From: Craspedostauros australis
Lineage: Eukaryota
Length of the DNA stretch: 39,405 nucleotides
Direction of reading: 5' to 3'
Assembly: GCA_030167865.1 (NCBI GenBank)
Contig: JALAGF010000596.1
Location: forward strand, 1-39,405
The position numbers and the translations under genes are program-made. This document shows, piece by piece, positions 13,191 through 23,883 of the stretch (positions within the stretch are counted from its first letter, which is position 1; every line of letters begins with the position of its first letter). The notes beneath the pieces were generated by a model that made no database searches, was not told the DNA's origin, and saw only the letters and a program-made list of their open reading frames with translations.

Positions 13191-13714
13191 TGAAACTGGG
13201 ATCGTGCACTTGTATCGCGCGCTGCGTGTGGCATGCAAGTTGACACCGAAGTTGCCTCTGCCATCGGTGGCTTGCTGCGAGACGCGGCGATTTTTTCTCC
13301 CATGATGATGATGCGGGGCGCCACCATTTTCTGCGCATTCGAATGTCCGAACTCTTTTTCGTACACGTATTACACACGTACACATTTCATTCCACGATCG
13401 TGGTGGAATTGCAGCGCAACATTTTGACGAATGTCAATGCAGCAGCAGCAGCAGAAGAATAGAGTAGCAGTAATAATTCATGGCGTGATATCTGTTATGA
13501 TGATGATGATGGATGTCCACAACGTTCAATTCAGTAGCGAGAGTGCAATACATCTTGCTGTCACCGTCGATAAGGGCGTTGATGGAAGCTTGAATCTCGT
13601 GGGTAGGCGGGATGCCATGCCATGCCATGCCATGCCCACTGTCCATTTCAACTGTCGCCACTGCGAACACTGCTTCGATCGGCGCTGCATTGCTGATTAG
13701 AGAAATCTCTCTCT

Positions 13715-16015
13715 TTAGAGCATTTGACCGTCGATCCCGTCCCGCCTTGGAGGAGTTGCAAACGCTTCATCATCATTTTCACCATTTTCACCATCACGTT
13801 CGGAATCATCACCCAAAGCTTTGCCGTACAGATTGAATTGATCCCGTGCAGCGCCCGCCTTGAAGACATAATGATACACACTCCAAATCGTCATCATGCA
13901 ACCACCGATCGCAGCACCGAACCCTGCCAGCTCATGGCCATTCCAACCAGCATCTTCGAGCTGCCCCGTCCAGTGCGCGACCAGCGCATGCAGCAGGTTG
14001 GATGCGGCGAATTCCACCGCCAGCACGCGTCCCAGTATCGGCCCATCAGCCAGGGTCTGCAGGATGAGGGTCGAGTTGATCCAGTTGATGCCGGATCCCA
14101 TCGTGCGGAAGAAGTTGAACACGATGAACATCTCGAACGAGTTGGCCATGGTGGCGATGCACAGCCAGGATGCAGTCGACAAGGCCATGGCGAAGATGAC
14201 AGACCGTTGCAGCGTGATGGGACGTTTGGCATCGGTGAACCCAGCCGCGTTGGCCAGGATGGGGCCGACCAAGCACCCCAATCCCAACGTGGTGTAGAAG
14301 ATCCCCATGTGCAAGGAGGTTCGTGCCTCATCACCCTCCACCGTGCTGAAGGAGACGGCGATGATGGATTCCGGCGCCCAAACGGCATCGGCGCAAGGAT
14401 GCAGCATCGTGTTGAAACCGAATCCACACTGCCACAAGTACAGCAGCACAGTCGTGGTCGTCGTCCATGCTTGATGCGCGGTGATGCGGACGGTTGATAC
14501 GATTGCACGCAACCTACTCGTGTGGAAAGTTGGCTTGTTCTTCGTGGCCATAATTCCATCCTTGTCAATGTCGAATTCACTGTCTGCGGCATCGACGTGA
14601 ACATCCGTGTCACTATGATTGTGAATGCCGCTGCTCGCCGCGATGATCGAAAAGCTCGCTCTGGATCCAGATGGCGCGGAAGGTACGGCCGCATAACTGC
14701 GCCCACGAATTCCAAAGAAGACGATGAGCGCGCTGAGGAAGTAGGTGGCGGAGTCGATGATGTAACACGCCTGCAGACCGAGCTTTGCCGATGCCGCACC
14801 CGCGAGGATCCCGCCGAAGAAGGCCATGAGGCTCCAGGCAAAGCCGTTCATGGATGCCGCCATGTGCAGATCTCGTGGGCTGGGCACCAGCAGCGGCAAG
14901 ATGCCCGTCGTCGCCGGATAGTACATGCTCTGCAGGGAAGATCGCATCCCCGTGATGACGAAGACGCCCATCAAGGATCTCTGGGCGATGGCGACGAGAA
15001 ATCCGATGGTGACCAGACCTGACAGGGTGTCCATGATGATCATGAGGTTCCTGCGGTCGAAGGTATCGGCGAGGATGCCGCCGATGGGTGCGAAGCATGG
15101 CTTGGGCAGGAAGGTCCATACCACGAGCGTGCCCAGCGCTTTGCCGCGATCGGCTTCATCGACGAGCTCTTCGACAACCAGGAGGGATGCGATCTGAACG
15201 AACCAGTCTCCCACGTGCATGCAGGTGGAGCTAATGAAGTAGGCCCGGAATGTCGGACTCCGGACCAGCAGGTCGATGTAATCCCACAGGGAGACGTTCT
15301 GTGATTTCAACGGTTGATCGATTTCGTGTCGTTGATCGCCTTTGCTTTTGCGTTTGCCTTGATCATCGGCATCGTCATCATCATCACTGTTGTTGCTGCT
15401 GCTGCCATAATTGTGAAATGAGATGTGATCTTGATTGATCCTTGTCTCATCATCCGCAATTGGCGAAGCTCCAAGATTGTTCGCCGCAGCATCTTGCTTG
15501 GATGATTGAGACAGCCAATCTCGCCCGCCTACCTGCGTCTCCCGCTGTGCACTGTGATCTGCATTTGGATCTTGGCCTTGATCTTGCTTTCGATGAACTT
15601 TCCGATACATTTCTGGATGCGCTTCGTGATGTGTGTCTGGATGTGTGTCTGGATGTGTGTCGGAATGCGTCGCTGAATGCGATCGGCGACCTCGGCGATC
15701 TTCGTGCAGAGGTGTTCGTGTTGTTGAAGCGCCTTCAATCGTTGAACGATCACCCACTTCGAGGGCACTTGTGCTTGGCTTGTGGGGACAATCGGTGATG
15801 TTGTTTGTGGTTGTGGTAGGAGATGTTCGAGGCTGGCTTTGTGATCTTGGTCGTGTGGATGTCGTTGTCATCTGAACATGAACATCGCTACTCGCCTGCG
15901 GATGCTTCTTGGCTGCTGATTCTGCACTTGCTCTGGCAGGAGGATGCGGGTTCGTATCTGTTTGCGAGGATCCTTCTGGCTTTCCCACCGATACTTTCGC
16001 GTACTGCTGCGTCAT
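13715..16015 (-). CDS. MFS transporter (DHA3/MFS_3-like) with a long disordered N-terminus, 766 aa
   Basis: FRAYFISSTCMHVGDWF, motif A GGILADTFDRRNLMI, TLILQTLADGPILGRV and about 12 hydrophobic segments. Confidence 0.85.
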   Translation of the reverse strand: MTQQYAKVSVGKPEGSSQTDTNPHPPARASAESAAKKHPQASSDVHVQMTTTSTRPRSQSQPRTSPTTTTNNITDCPHKPSTSALEVGDRSTIEGASTTRTPLHEDRRGRRSHSATHSDTHPDTHPDTHHEAHPEMYRKVHRKQDQGQDPNADHSAQRETQVGGRDWLSQSSKQDAAANNLGASPIADDETRINQDHISFHNYGSSSNNSDDDDDADDQGKRKSKGDQRHEIDQPLKSQNVSLWDYIDLLVRSPTFRAYFISSTCMHVGDWFVQIASLLVVEELVDEADRGKALGTLVVWTFLPKPCFAPIGGILADTFDRRNLMIIMDTLSGLVTIGFLVAIAQRSLMGVFVITGMRSSLQSMYYPATTGILPLLVPSPRDLHMAASMNGFAWSLMAFFGGILAGAASAKLGLQACYIIDSATYFLSALIVFFGIRGRSYAAVPSAPSGSRASFSIIAASSGIHNHSDTDVHVDAADSEFDIDKDGIMATKNKPTFHTSRLRAIVSTVRITAHQAWTTTTTVLLYLWQCGFGFNTMLHPCADAVWAPESIIAVSFSTVEGDEARTSLHMGIFYTTLGLGCLVGPILANAAGFTDAKRPITLQRSVIFAMALSTASWLCIATMANSFEMFIVFNFFRTMGSGINWINSTLILQTLADGPILGRVLAVEFAASNLLHALVAHWTGQLEDAGWNGHELAGFGAAIGGCMMTIWSVYHYVFKAGAARDQFNLYGKALGDDSERDGENGENDDEAFATPPRRDGIDGQML
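15628..15664 (-). repeat. 12-bp in-frame tandem repeat (GATGTGTGTCTG on +) encoding DTHP units
   Basis: About 3 units, giving HSDTHPDTHPDTHH in the MFS N-terminus. Confidence 0.85.
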
Positions 16016-17953
16016 CCATGTACGACTGCTCTGCGTGTAGACAACGTGAAGGTTGCAATGGCAGAATCGCGGTGGCGGCGAAGTTGTTGATGTTGTTGAT
16101 GCTGCTTTCTCACGAGCGTCGGCATCGTTGTCAGGTTCGCTTCTGGAGGGACAAGGAAGTAGCGTGGCTCTATTCTATTTCTTTCTCACCACCGTCACCA
16201 TGCACGATCGCGAATGCAGCAAGGTGGACTCTTTGCGAAGGAGGATACGAGAATGGTGAGCGTGGGCGTGGAAGGTCCAGCTGTCGATGTTCCTCTCTCC
16301 GCTTCTTCTCTTTGTTGATGTTTGCTTGGTGGATCCTTTCCCTCTTGGGAGGGCAACAGAGCGGCCTTTCTGCCTCCATCTCTGACATCTCCCTCCATTC
16401 CCTTCATCGTGTGCTTGTCCTCGTTGAAGACCGCCGCGTGACACGCTGCACGATGGCGCCGTTGACAGAATCCCCATGGTCGCCTCTTTTGTCGATGAAA
16501 TGAGAAACAATGAGTCATGCGTATGATTGGGTCCTGTTGATCGACTGTGGATGCATCTCGATTCAAACGCGGTCATTTTTCTGGAGGAACTCAACGGGCC
16601 TTTTCTGTGGCAGGCTGACGCGCGACTGCATCGCTTTTCAAGTACTGGGGCTTAGGACCTTCGCACCTGCGTGAGAGTATTTTGGCTCGTTGTGTGGAGA
16701 CGTTGGTCATTCCCGTCATCACGAATCACCGGTTTGTTCGATCGTGTTGAATCGAGGTCGGAAGCAAAAGAATCTCCGTGTCTTCCTGTTGGTGTCAATT
16801 CGTGTAGCAAGCGCGTGTTTGTGTGTGTCTGGGAGAGGGCGCTGCCAACGCGGAGAGATTTGAACGAAGAGAGCGAAGCAACGGTTGGGTTGAAAAAATA
16901 AAACACGAGCATGACAGAGAGGGCAACGTCAACGCGACGCCACGACGCCACAGAGACACGACAAACGACGAACGAAGAGAGATTAAAAGACGCGGCGAAG
17001 CACGCGAAAAGCACGATCCAATGTGGAGCCATCACGAAGAGGAGTCCAACAGAGGAGCACGAGCTTCGACACTGCGGACGAAAGAGAACAACGAGGCCAG
17101 AACCAGACAGAGTGACAGAGTGAGACCCATCACAACAGGGAACATCCGCTTCATCAGCAGCCAAGGGGAGGAATAACAGAAATAGCACGAAGAGCCAGGA
17201 AGGGCGTCGAAACGCTGATCTCGTGCCTCCACTGCAAACCGGTTGCAGCAAGAGTGGAGCAGAATAGAGCATACCAGAGCAGAGTAATTGTGAAGAAGAT
17301 CATTCAGTTTGGATACTGTTTACCCCACAGTCTCCCTCACCACACACACTTCCTCCACATCTGACACCTCAGTTACAACCACAACCACAATCCCAACAAC
17401 GGTCACGACCACAGTCGCTTGCAAAAACACAACAACTGAGCTCATCCCCCACCACACCCTGCCACAGCGGCTTTTCCTTTTCTCCGTTCACAGAGAAGCG
17501 TTGTGCCGAACGAACCTGGAATCGACGAACAGAGGAATAGAGGAATACGAGCAGAACCAGGACCAGCAACAACAGGGCGAGTAGACGAGCATCAACAACG
17601 CAAACAACGCAAGCAACCCAAACAACACAAACACTCGTGGGAGCAGAGCAGAAGTTGGCTTGCACAAGTGCCAACAGCACAGAGGAACGTCGGCAACGAA
17701 CGCTTTCGTCCGCGCACCCGGCTTCCCAACAAACGCAGCGCCAAGAAGGTTTTCCTTATACCACCGCACAAGGAGGCGACAACGTTCAATTGCGCCCAAC
17801 ATCTATCCGCGACACACTTTAACTTCCGCGTGTTCGCTCTGCGTACGACTACGTATCGCACTTAGCATCGTGTTGGCCACCACGCCGAGCACCGCAGTTG
17901 CAGCTGTGTAGAGAGCACCAACACCAATACTCCAGCAGAAGCAACCACAACGC

Positions 17954-19963
17954 ATGTTATGCAACAAGATCCTCGCGCGTGCCACCAACATTGCAGCTAG
18001 AGCAGGCAACAGACGAAGACCAGGAGGCAGCCCTAGCCACAACACAGGCAACAGCGACAACACCAACACCAACACCACTAACAACAACACTAACAACAAC
18101 ACTAACAACAACACCAACCACAACAACCAAGACTATACCGCCAACCGCTACCACCTCCACCACACCAACGCCAGCGACTTCAATACCACCGGTCTGAGCA
18201 TGCAACCGCAGCAGCAAGGCCGCATCAACACAACTCCTCCACCAAGCCAACGACCCACCACAGCCGCCGCCAGCACAAGCGTCAGCAACAGCGGCGGCCT
18301 CTATTCCGGAGAAGCGCAGACCAACTTCGTCTCCATGTCTGATTCCGGACACAACCCATCTTCCATCGCAATGTCACCCTCCACAAAGACAACCACAGCT
18401 CCAATGCCACCTCACACACCCACCAATCACCCGCAGCATCAGCAGCAGCAGCACGGACAGCACCGTCAGCACCGTCAACAGCAGCACCCCCTCGGCATGG
18501 ACCATGAACAGGCATCCCTGCCGGCCAGGAACATCGCTGCTGGTGGAGCGGATCCCAACATCAGCACCAACGACATCACCAACCCCTCTGCACCCAACAG
18601 CAACGGCGGAGACGTCGTCCAAGATGAATTCGACCCCTGCGACGTGGATGCTGTCTGCGGCGAAGCCAAGAGCCTCGGCCGCGAGCTGCTGGACTACACC
18701 CGCACAAAGAACTGGAAGAAGAAGGTCATGACCATCATCGTCATCTTCTGCTCCGTCTCCGTCTTCACCGACCTTCTCTTCTTTGGCAACATCCAAAAGC
18801 TCCTCGTTGCCTTCATCGAATGGATGGCGGTCAACGAAGGAGCCGCGCTCTTTGCCTTCATCGGCCTCTTCATCATCGCCACACGTAAGTTCATTCGAAG
18901 CTGGTGTACTGTATTAGTGCACGAGTATGGTGTACTGTATCAGTGCATTACGGCGACTTTCCTGTTGTCGCCGCCTCTCGTTCTCTCGCTTGCTTGCTTA
19001 CTGACAAACAACCGCACTGGCTAACTAACACTCATGCATCCATACACACACATACTCCGCATCATCAACAGTCATCTTCGTTCCACCAGGATTCCTATTC
19101 TTCGGCGCCGGATACGCCTTCGAGCAGTCGACTGGTGGCATGGCAACAGGAATCGTCACAGCGACTGTGGCGTGTTTCACTGGTTGCTTCATCGGAGCGC
19201 TTCTCTCCTTCTTTCGTGCCAGGTACATGATGCGAGACCTCATCTACCTATTCTCCAAGCGCTATCCATTGGTTCGGGCTGCCGACAAAGGTACGTGAAC
19301 TTGAGTGGAGTGCAGAACATGGCAATGCTCTACTACTTGCACAGTTCTGTTTCTTTGTGCATTCAAAGTGCATGCATACGTTCACATGGGGATCTTCGCA
19401 GCAAAGGCCGTTCACTTACACCATGTCTTTGTTCACTTTGCTCTATTCGCCTTGAACCGCACCGCACCACGCTCTCCTGCTTTGTCCCCACCATGTACAC
19501 GCAATGCGCAGCCCTGAAACGCAATGGATTCCGCATCATGCTGCTGCTGCGGTTGTGTCCCTTCATCCCATTCAGCGCCTTGAATTACATCGGCGGCATC
19601 ACGGGCATCAACTGGGCGGAATTCGGAGCCTCGATCGTCGGTGTCCTACCGACCCTCGTCCTCGCCGTGTCCATTGGCGCCACCACGGGAAGCCTCGTCA
19701 ACTCCGACCCCACGGCGGAGCAGCAGCTCATCACCACCATCCTCCTCGGTGCGGGCATCGCCTTCGCCATCATCGCCTTCATCATCGCATGGAGATTCGC
19801 CAGGAAGGAACTGGAGACGCAGCTCGAGATGGACTCCGCGCAGATCCAAAACTACCTCCACCCAGACGCCGAAGGCGCGGGCCAGGACTTCATGGAGGCA
19901 GGTATCGAAATGGAATACCATGACGAAGGCGACGATGAAGAATGGTTCTGGATTTGGGCATGA
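17954..19963 (+). CDS. VTT-domain / SNARE-associated Golgi protein (Tvp38/TMEM64-like); exons (17954 or 18200)-18884, 19072-19290, 19512-19963
   Basis: Spliced reading gives LFIIATLIFVPPGFLFFGAGYAF...GALLSFFRARYMMRD...ALKRNGFRIMLLLRLCPFIPFSALNYIGG. Two phase-1 introns (GTAAGT..CAACAG, GTACGT..GCGCAG). Start codon uncertain. Confidence 0.88.
18053..18130 (+). repeat. Imperfect (AAC/ACC/ACT)n microsatellite
   Basis: Includes the 12-bp unit AACAACACTAAC; it encodes poly-Asn/Thr if the 17954 start is used. Confidence 0.85.
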
Positions 19964-20255
19964 GGATTTCAATGTTTATAACAGTAGACACACCAATGTA
20001 GTCAGATCGTATTATATGTGTTGTGCCTTCTCAAGGCCAGATGTGTACTCGCAACAACAGACGAGCATGTGATCGTATCTCTGTCGTTTGTTGTTCTGGA
20101 GAGCGCAAGCATTCGGACTCGTACAACCAATCAACGCGCAGTTGACATTTACTTTGATGCTATATCCGTACGGAGGAGAGAGTAGTTGCTCGTGCGTACT
20201 CTACAAGCATTGCACCATGTCGACTTTGACACCGCAGCTCCCGCTATCGTCCAGC

Positions 20256-21041
20256 TCAACCCTGTTTCTGCCGTTTCGCAGGCGGCGCTGGACCTTCCTC
20301 GTCAGACTCCTCCTCATCATCATCGCCATCACTACCATCGGCCTGCGCCTGCAGCTTCTTGCTGCCCGCCCAAATGCCGGCGGAAGGTGTGGGTCCGTAA
20401 TCATCCTCCTCCTCGTCTTCATCGCTGTCGCTGTCGTCGTCCTCATCATCCGTCTCATCGTCACCGCGCTCCCTCTTGGCCTGGGCCTCCTGCACGGCCT
20501 TCAGCATCTCCTCCCTGCGTCGTTCGCGGGCGACCTGCACGGCGGCCAGGTTCTGACCGTACTTGTTGCCGAAGATGTTCTGCGGACCCGCACCCTTGCC
20601 CGATGCGCATCCGAGGCACCCCGTCGTGGGATCCCGGGCGTTCTTCTGATCCGGACCCCTGTCGTACCACGGCACGCGGCAGATGGAGGTCGTGCCGAAT
20701 TTGTAGTTGGACGAATTGATGACGTAGGTGGAGCAGAGGCGTTCGTAACCTGGTTTCTTCCACTTGGCGATCAGCGCGGCGTCCACCAGCTTCTGGGCGA
20801 TACAGTAATCGTAGACCTGCCGGCTGATGCGCTTGTGCGTGTAGTACATGTCGTAGACGTAGCGCGTCTTCTGACGGCTGATCTGATGCACGGGCCACAT
20901 GGATTCGGTCTTGCGCTTGTTGGCCGTGCCCTCCTTCACCTTGTCGCGCAGCTCGTGCTCCAAGGCTTCCAGCACCGGCTTGATGTCGTCAAAGCCCTCC
21001 GGGGCCTTCTTCTTCTTGTGCCATCGTTGCGGGAGCGGCAT
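20256..21041 (-). CDS. BUD31: BUD31/G10 spliceosomal protein with an acidic C-terminal extension
   Basis: APEGFDDIKPVL, ESMWPVHQISRQKTRYVYDMYY, LVDAALIAKWKKPGYERLC, ICRVP and GCLGCAS. Confidence 0.93.
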   Translation of the reverse strand: MPLPQRWHKKKKAPEGFDDIKPVLEALEHELRDKVKEGTANKRKTESMWPVHQISRQKTRYVYDMYYTHKRISRQVYDYCIAQKLVDAALIAKWKKPGYERLCSTYVINSSNYKFGTTSICRVPWYDRGPDQKNARDPTTGCLGCASGKGAGPQNIFGNKYGQNLAAVQVARERRREEMLKAVQEAQAKRERGDDETDDEDDDSDSDEDEEEDDYGPTPSAGIWAGSKKLQAQADGSDGDDDEEESDEEGPAPPAKRQKQG

Positions 21042-21644
21042 CGTCCAATTTCTCTCCTGGATGAGCGGTGATGGATGTCAGCGTTGGTGCGCTTGTTGGT
21101 GGATGTCAGCGTTGGTGTCGGCGTTAGTGTCAATGTCAATAGCTGGAATCGGCTTGTCGTTGGATGCAGTTATCTCACACAGATGTGGTTTTATCTATCT
21201 CTATGTCCTCTTTTGGCTTTCCGTTCGGCTCTGCCTCTGCACTCGCTCTCTGGTCCGTCCTGTTGTGATGGCGCAGAGAGGTGCTCGCGATGCAGACACG
21301 GCCCAGGATGGTGACCGTCTTGTTCATTTGTTCCCCAAGACGCAGAGGCGGAGAAAACGCCATTTTGTTTTGCTTTGGCCAATCGGTTGGTGTTGGTTGT
21401 TGCCACGAAGGGAATTATATAGTCTCTTATGACTAATACGACCGCGCGCCTCCATTCGTGGTTCGATTGATCGAGTTTGTTCCAAGAACGCAATCCAAAA
21501 GATGCGCAGCGTGTTTGGGCATCAACGAAACGTGCGGCGTGGGTCTTGCATCATGATGTTCCTCTCTTTCTCACGTCAGAAGTCGGGCAATACTCTGAGC
21601 TGCGGGCGCAACATCAGCAATGCACGGCGACGACAATGCACAAG

Positions 21645-21693
21645 CATCGCAGAAGCAACATCGCAGAAGCAACATCGCAGAAGCAACATCGCA
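21645..21693 (+). repeat. Tandem repeat CATCGCAGAAGCAA x3.5
   Basis: Perfect 14-bp units starting at 21645, 21659 and 21673, plus a partial unit at 21687, in the divergent BUD31/GT intergenic region. Confidence 0.9.
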
Positions 21694-21952
21694 AGGCTGA
21701 CATCGTGACGGTTGAAGACCGCAAGAGCAGCACTGTAAGGGAGGCTAGCGCCGCAAACCAACGACAGGGCCAGGTCCGATGATGATCTCGCCAAGTTCAC
21801 ATAGTCTTTGATCATCGACGCTCGCAAACGCAAACGCAACATCACACCACCCCACCAACACTCAACCACTCAACCACTCAACTAAGCAACCAACCAAGCA
21901 ACCAGTCAACCAGCCAGTCAACTAAGCAGCAAACATCTCCACCACCGACATC

Positions 21953-23293
21953 ATGAAGTTCCTCCTCATCTCCGTTGGATCGCGCGGCGACGCCGAACCC
22001 TTTGCTTCCACGGCCGCCGCCCTGCTCAAGAATGGACACTCCGTCGAGATCTTCTTCCAGAAGGACCTCCAGCACCTGGCGCCGCCAGAGCACGAGCGAC
22101 TCAAGCTCCACGCCCTGCCATTCACGCAGATGGATTTCTACGTTGCCATGGCCAACGTCAAGCACGGTGTCGACCATCCCAGTCCTCGCGTCAAATTCAT
22201 CGGCATCATCGCGGAGACGATCTCCTCGCTCGTCTTGCCATGCCATGAGATGGTGGCGGAGGCTGCCGCGAGCTGCGATTGGCTCGTCTGCTCCTCCTTG
22301 GCACGCGCGTTGTGCATCGCGATCACGGAGAAGCTCAACAAGAAGCTGGCCATCGTGCACTTGCAACCTCTCACCCCGACCACCTTCTTCCCGCACACCA
22401 GCGACACCGAGGAGTGCGTCGATGCGATCGCTGATATCGGTGCCGACGGCGTTGGTTTGGTGGCGAAGGAGGAGAACCAAGCCATGTACTTTGAACTCGA
22501 GCGGTTCCAGCATGAGTTCATCTCGGAGGCGTTGACCGCGACTTACGATGCGTTGGGAATCGCTGCCCAAATTTCCTTCGACGAGCTCAAGGAGATCCTG
22601 ATCGGCAAGCATGAACGCATCCATCTCGTGCACGGATTTTCCAACGAGTATGTGCCATCCATCAAGAACGACACGACCTTGGGACCCAACGTCCACGAGA
22701 TTGGAGCCCTGGCGGATGACTACTTGCCATCCTCCTTTTCCGGGCCACCGCCGGATCTTGTTGAATTTCTCAAAACCTGCGAGACCGCCGACGTCAAGCC
22801 GGTTTGCATTGGGTTTGGATCCATGCCATTCGAAACGGCCGCAGTGGTCCTCGACGCGGTCCACGAGCTTGGGAACAAGACGGTCCTGGTCGGGGACGCA
22901 TTGAAGATCCCCGACGACTACGAGCACAAGGGATGGATGTCCGACAACGTTTGTCAGGTGTCCAGCATCCCGTACTCCTGGTTGCTGCCCAAGTGCTCCA
23001 TGATGCTGAGCCACGGTGGGGCCGGAGTGCTGCATGCATGCGGCCGTACTGGAATCCCCACGTTGATCGCGCCGCTTTTGGGCGACCAGTTCTTCCACGC
23101 GGCGTTGGTGGAGAAGCGCGGAACCGGAGTGAAATGCACCGCCGTGCTCCCCACGCTCACCAAGGAGGAGATCGTCAACGGCGTCCGCAAGGGTGAAGGC
23201 TGCAAGGAAGCAGCGAAGCGACTCGGAGAGCGCATCGTGGCTGCAGGCAGCGGCGTTGACAAGCTTGTCGATGTGTTGACGAAGAGCACCTGA
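21953..23293 (+). CDS. GT1-family UDP-glycosyltransferase, sterol 3-beta-glucosyltransferase (UGT80/UGT51)-like, 446 aa
   Basis: N-terminal GSRGDAEPF, VCIGFGSM, IPYSWLLPKC, HGGAG and PLLGDQFF. Confidence 0.85.
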   Translation: MKFLLISVGSRGDAEPFASTAAALLKNGHSVEIFFQKDLQHLAPPEHERLKLHALPFTQMDFYVAMANVKHGVDHPSPRVKFIGIIAETISSLVLPCHEMVAEAAASCDWLVCSSLARALCIAITEKLNKKLAIVHLQPLTPTTFFPHTSDTEECVDAIADIGADGVGLVAKEENQAMYFELERFQHEFISEALTATYDALGIAAQISFDELKEILIGKHERIHLVHGFSNEYVPSIKNDTTLGPNVHEIGALADDYLPSSFSGPPPDLVEFLKTCETADVKPVCIGFGSMPFETAAVVLDAVHELGNKTVLVGDALKIPDDYEHKGWMSDNVCQVSSIPYSWLLPKCSMMLSHGGAGVLHACGRTGIPTLIAPLLGDQFFHAALVEKRGTGVKCTAVLPTLTKEEIVNGVRKGEGCKEAAKRLGERIVAAGSGVDKLVDVLTKST

Positions 23294-23778
23294 GCATTTG
23301 TTCGCTTCAAATGAACACTTGATGGAGCGAAGTGAGGTGAAGTACTTTCATGGTGTTGTGTGTATGTAGATCGTACGTGCAGGGGCGTCGGGAGAGTGTT
23401 GGCTTCCTCGTCGTCATGCTATTCTTGTCGCATGTGTAATGCTCTTATCCCTCACGAGAACAGCATGGCATTAGAGAATATGAAATAATATAACAATAGA
23501 TAACAAGAAATCTGATTTCCATTTAGCTTTGTCGTGTTGCTCTCTCTGGAAGGATTGCGAGAGGTGTTGTGGTGTGACGCGCTGTGATGGGTTGGATAGG
23601 TCGTGTGTGGTGGATGGATGATCTGTCGAGCTGGAGATTGACCAAACCAATCAAGAGATCATTTTCAACAATTTCTCTGGAGACGATCTTTGCAGAGGAC
23701 GGCATCAAGTTTGTTGTTTTCTCGCGTCAACAGACACGACACGCACAGACACACGCACAAGTTCACAAACAAACCCCA

Positions 23779-23830
23779 TCACTCCACTCCCACTCCACTC
23801 TACTTCACTCCCACTCCACTCCACTCCACA
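23779..23830 (+). repeat. Imperfect (CACTC)n pentanucleotide tract upstream of Ku70
   Basis: CACTCCACTCCCACTCCACTC...CACTCCACTCCACTCCAC in the presumed 5' UTR. Confidence 0.8.
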
Positions 23831-23883
23831 CCAGAACATCACAAAACAACCAGCTTGGAAGAGCAAGCGGAACAGAGGTAGCA

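Noticed and set aside
16175-17911. Many short ORFs between the MFS and VTT genes
   Set aside because: Low-complexity divergent promoter and UTR sequence with no coding signature.
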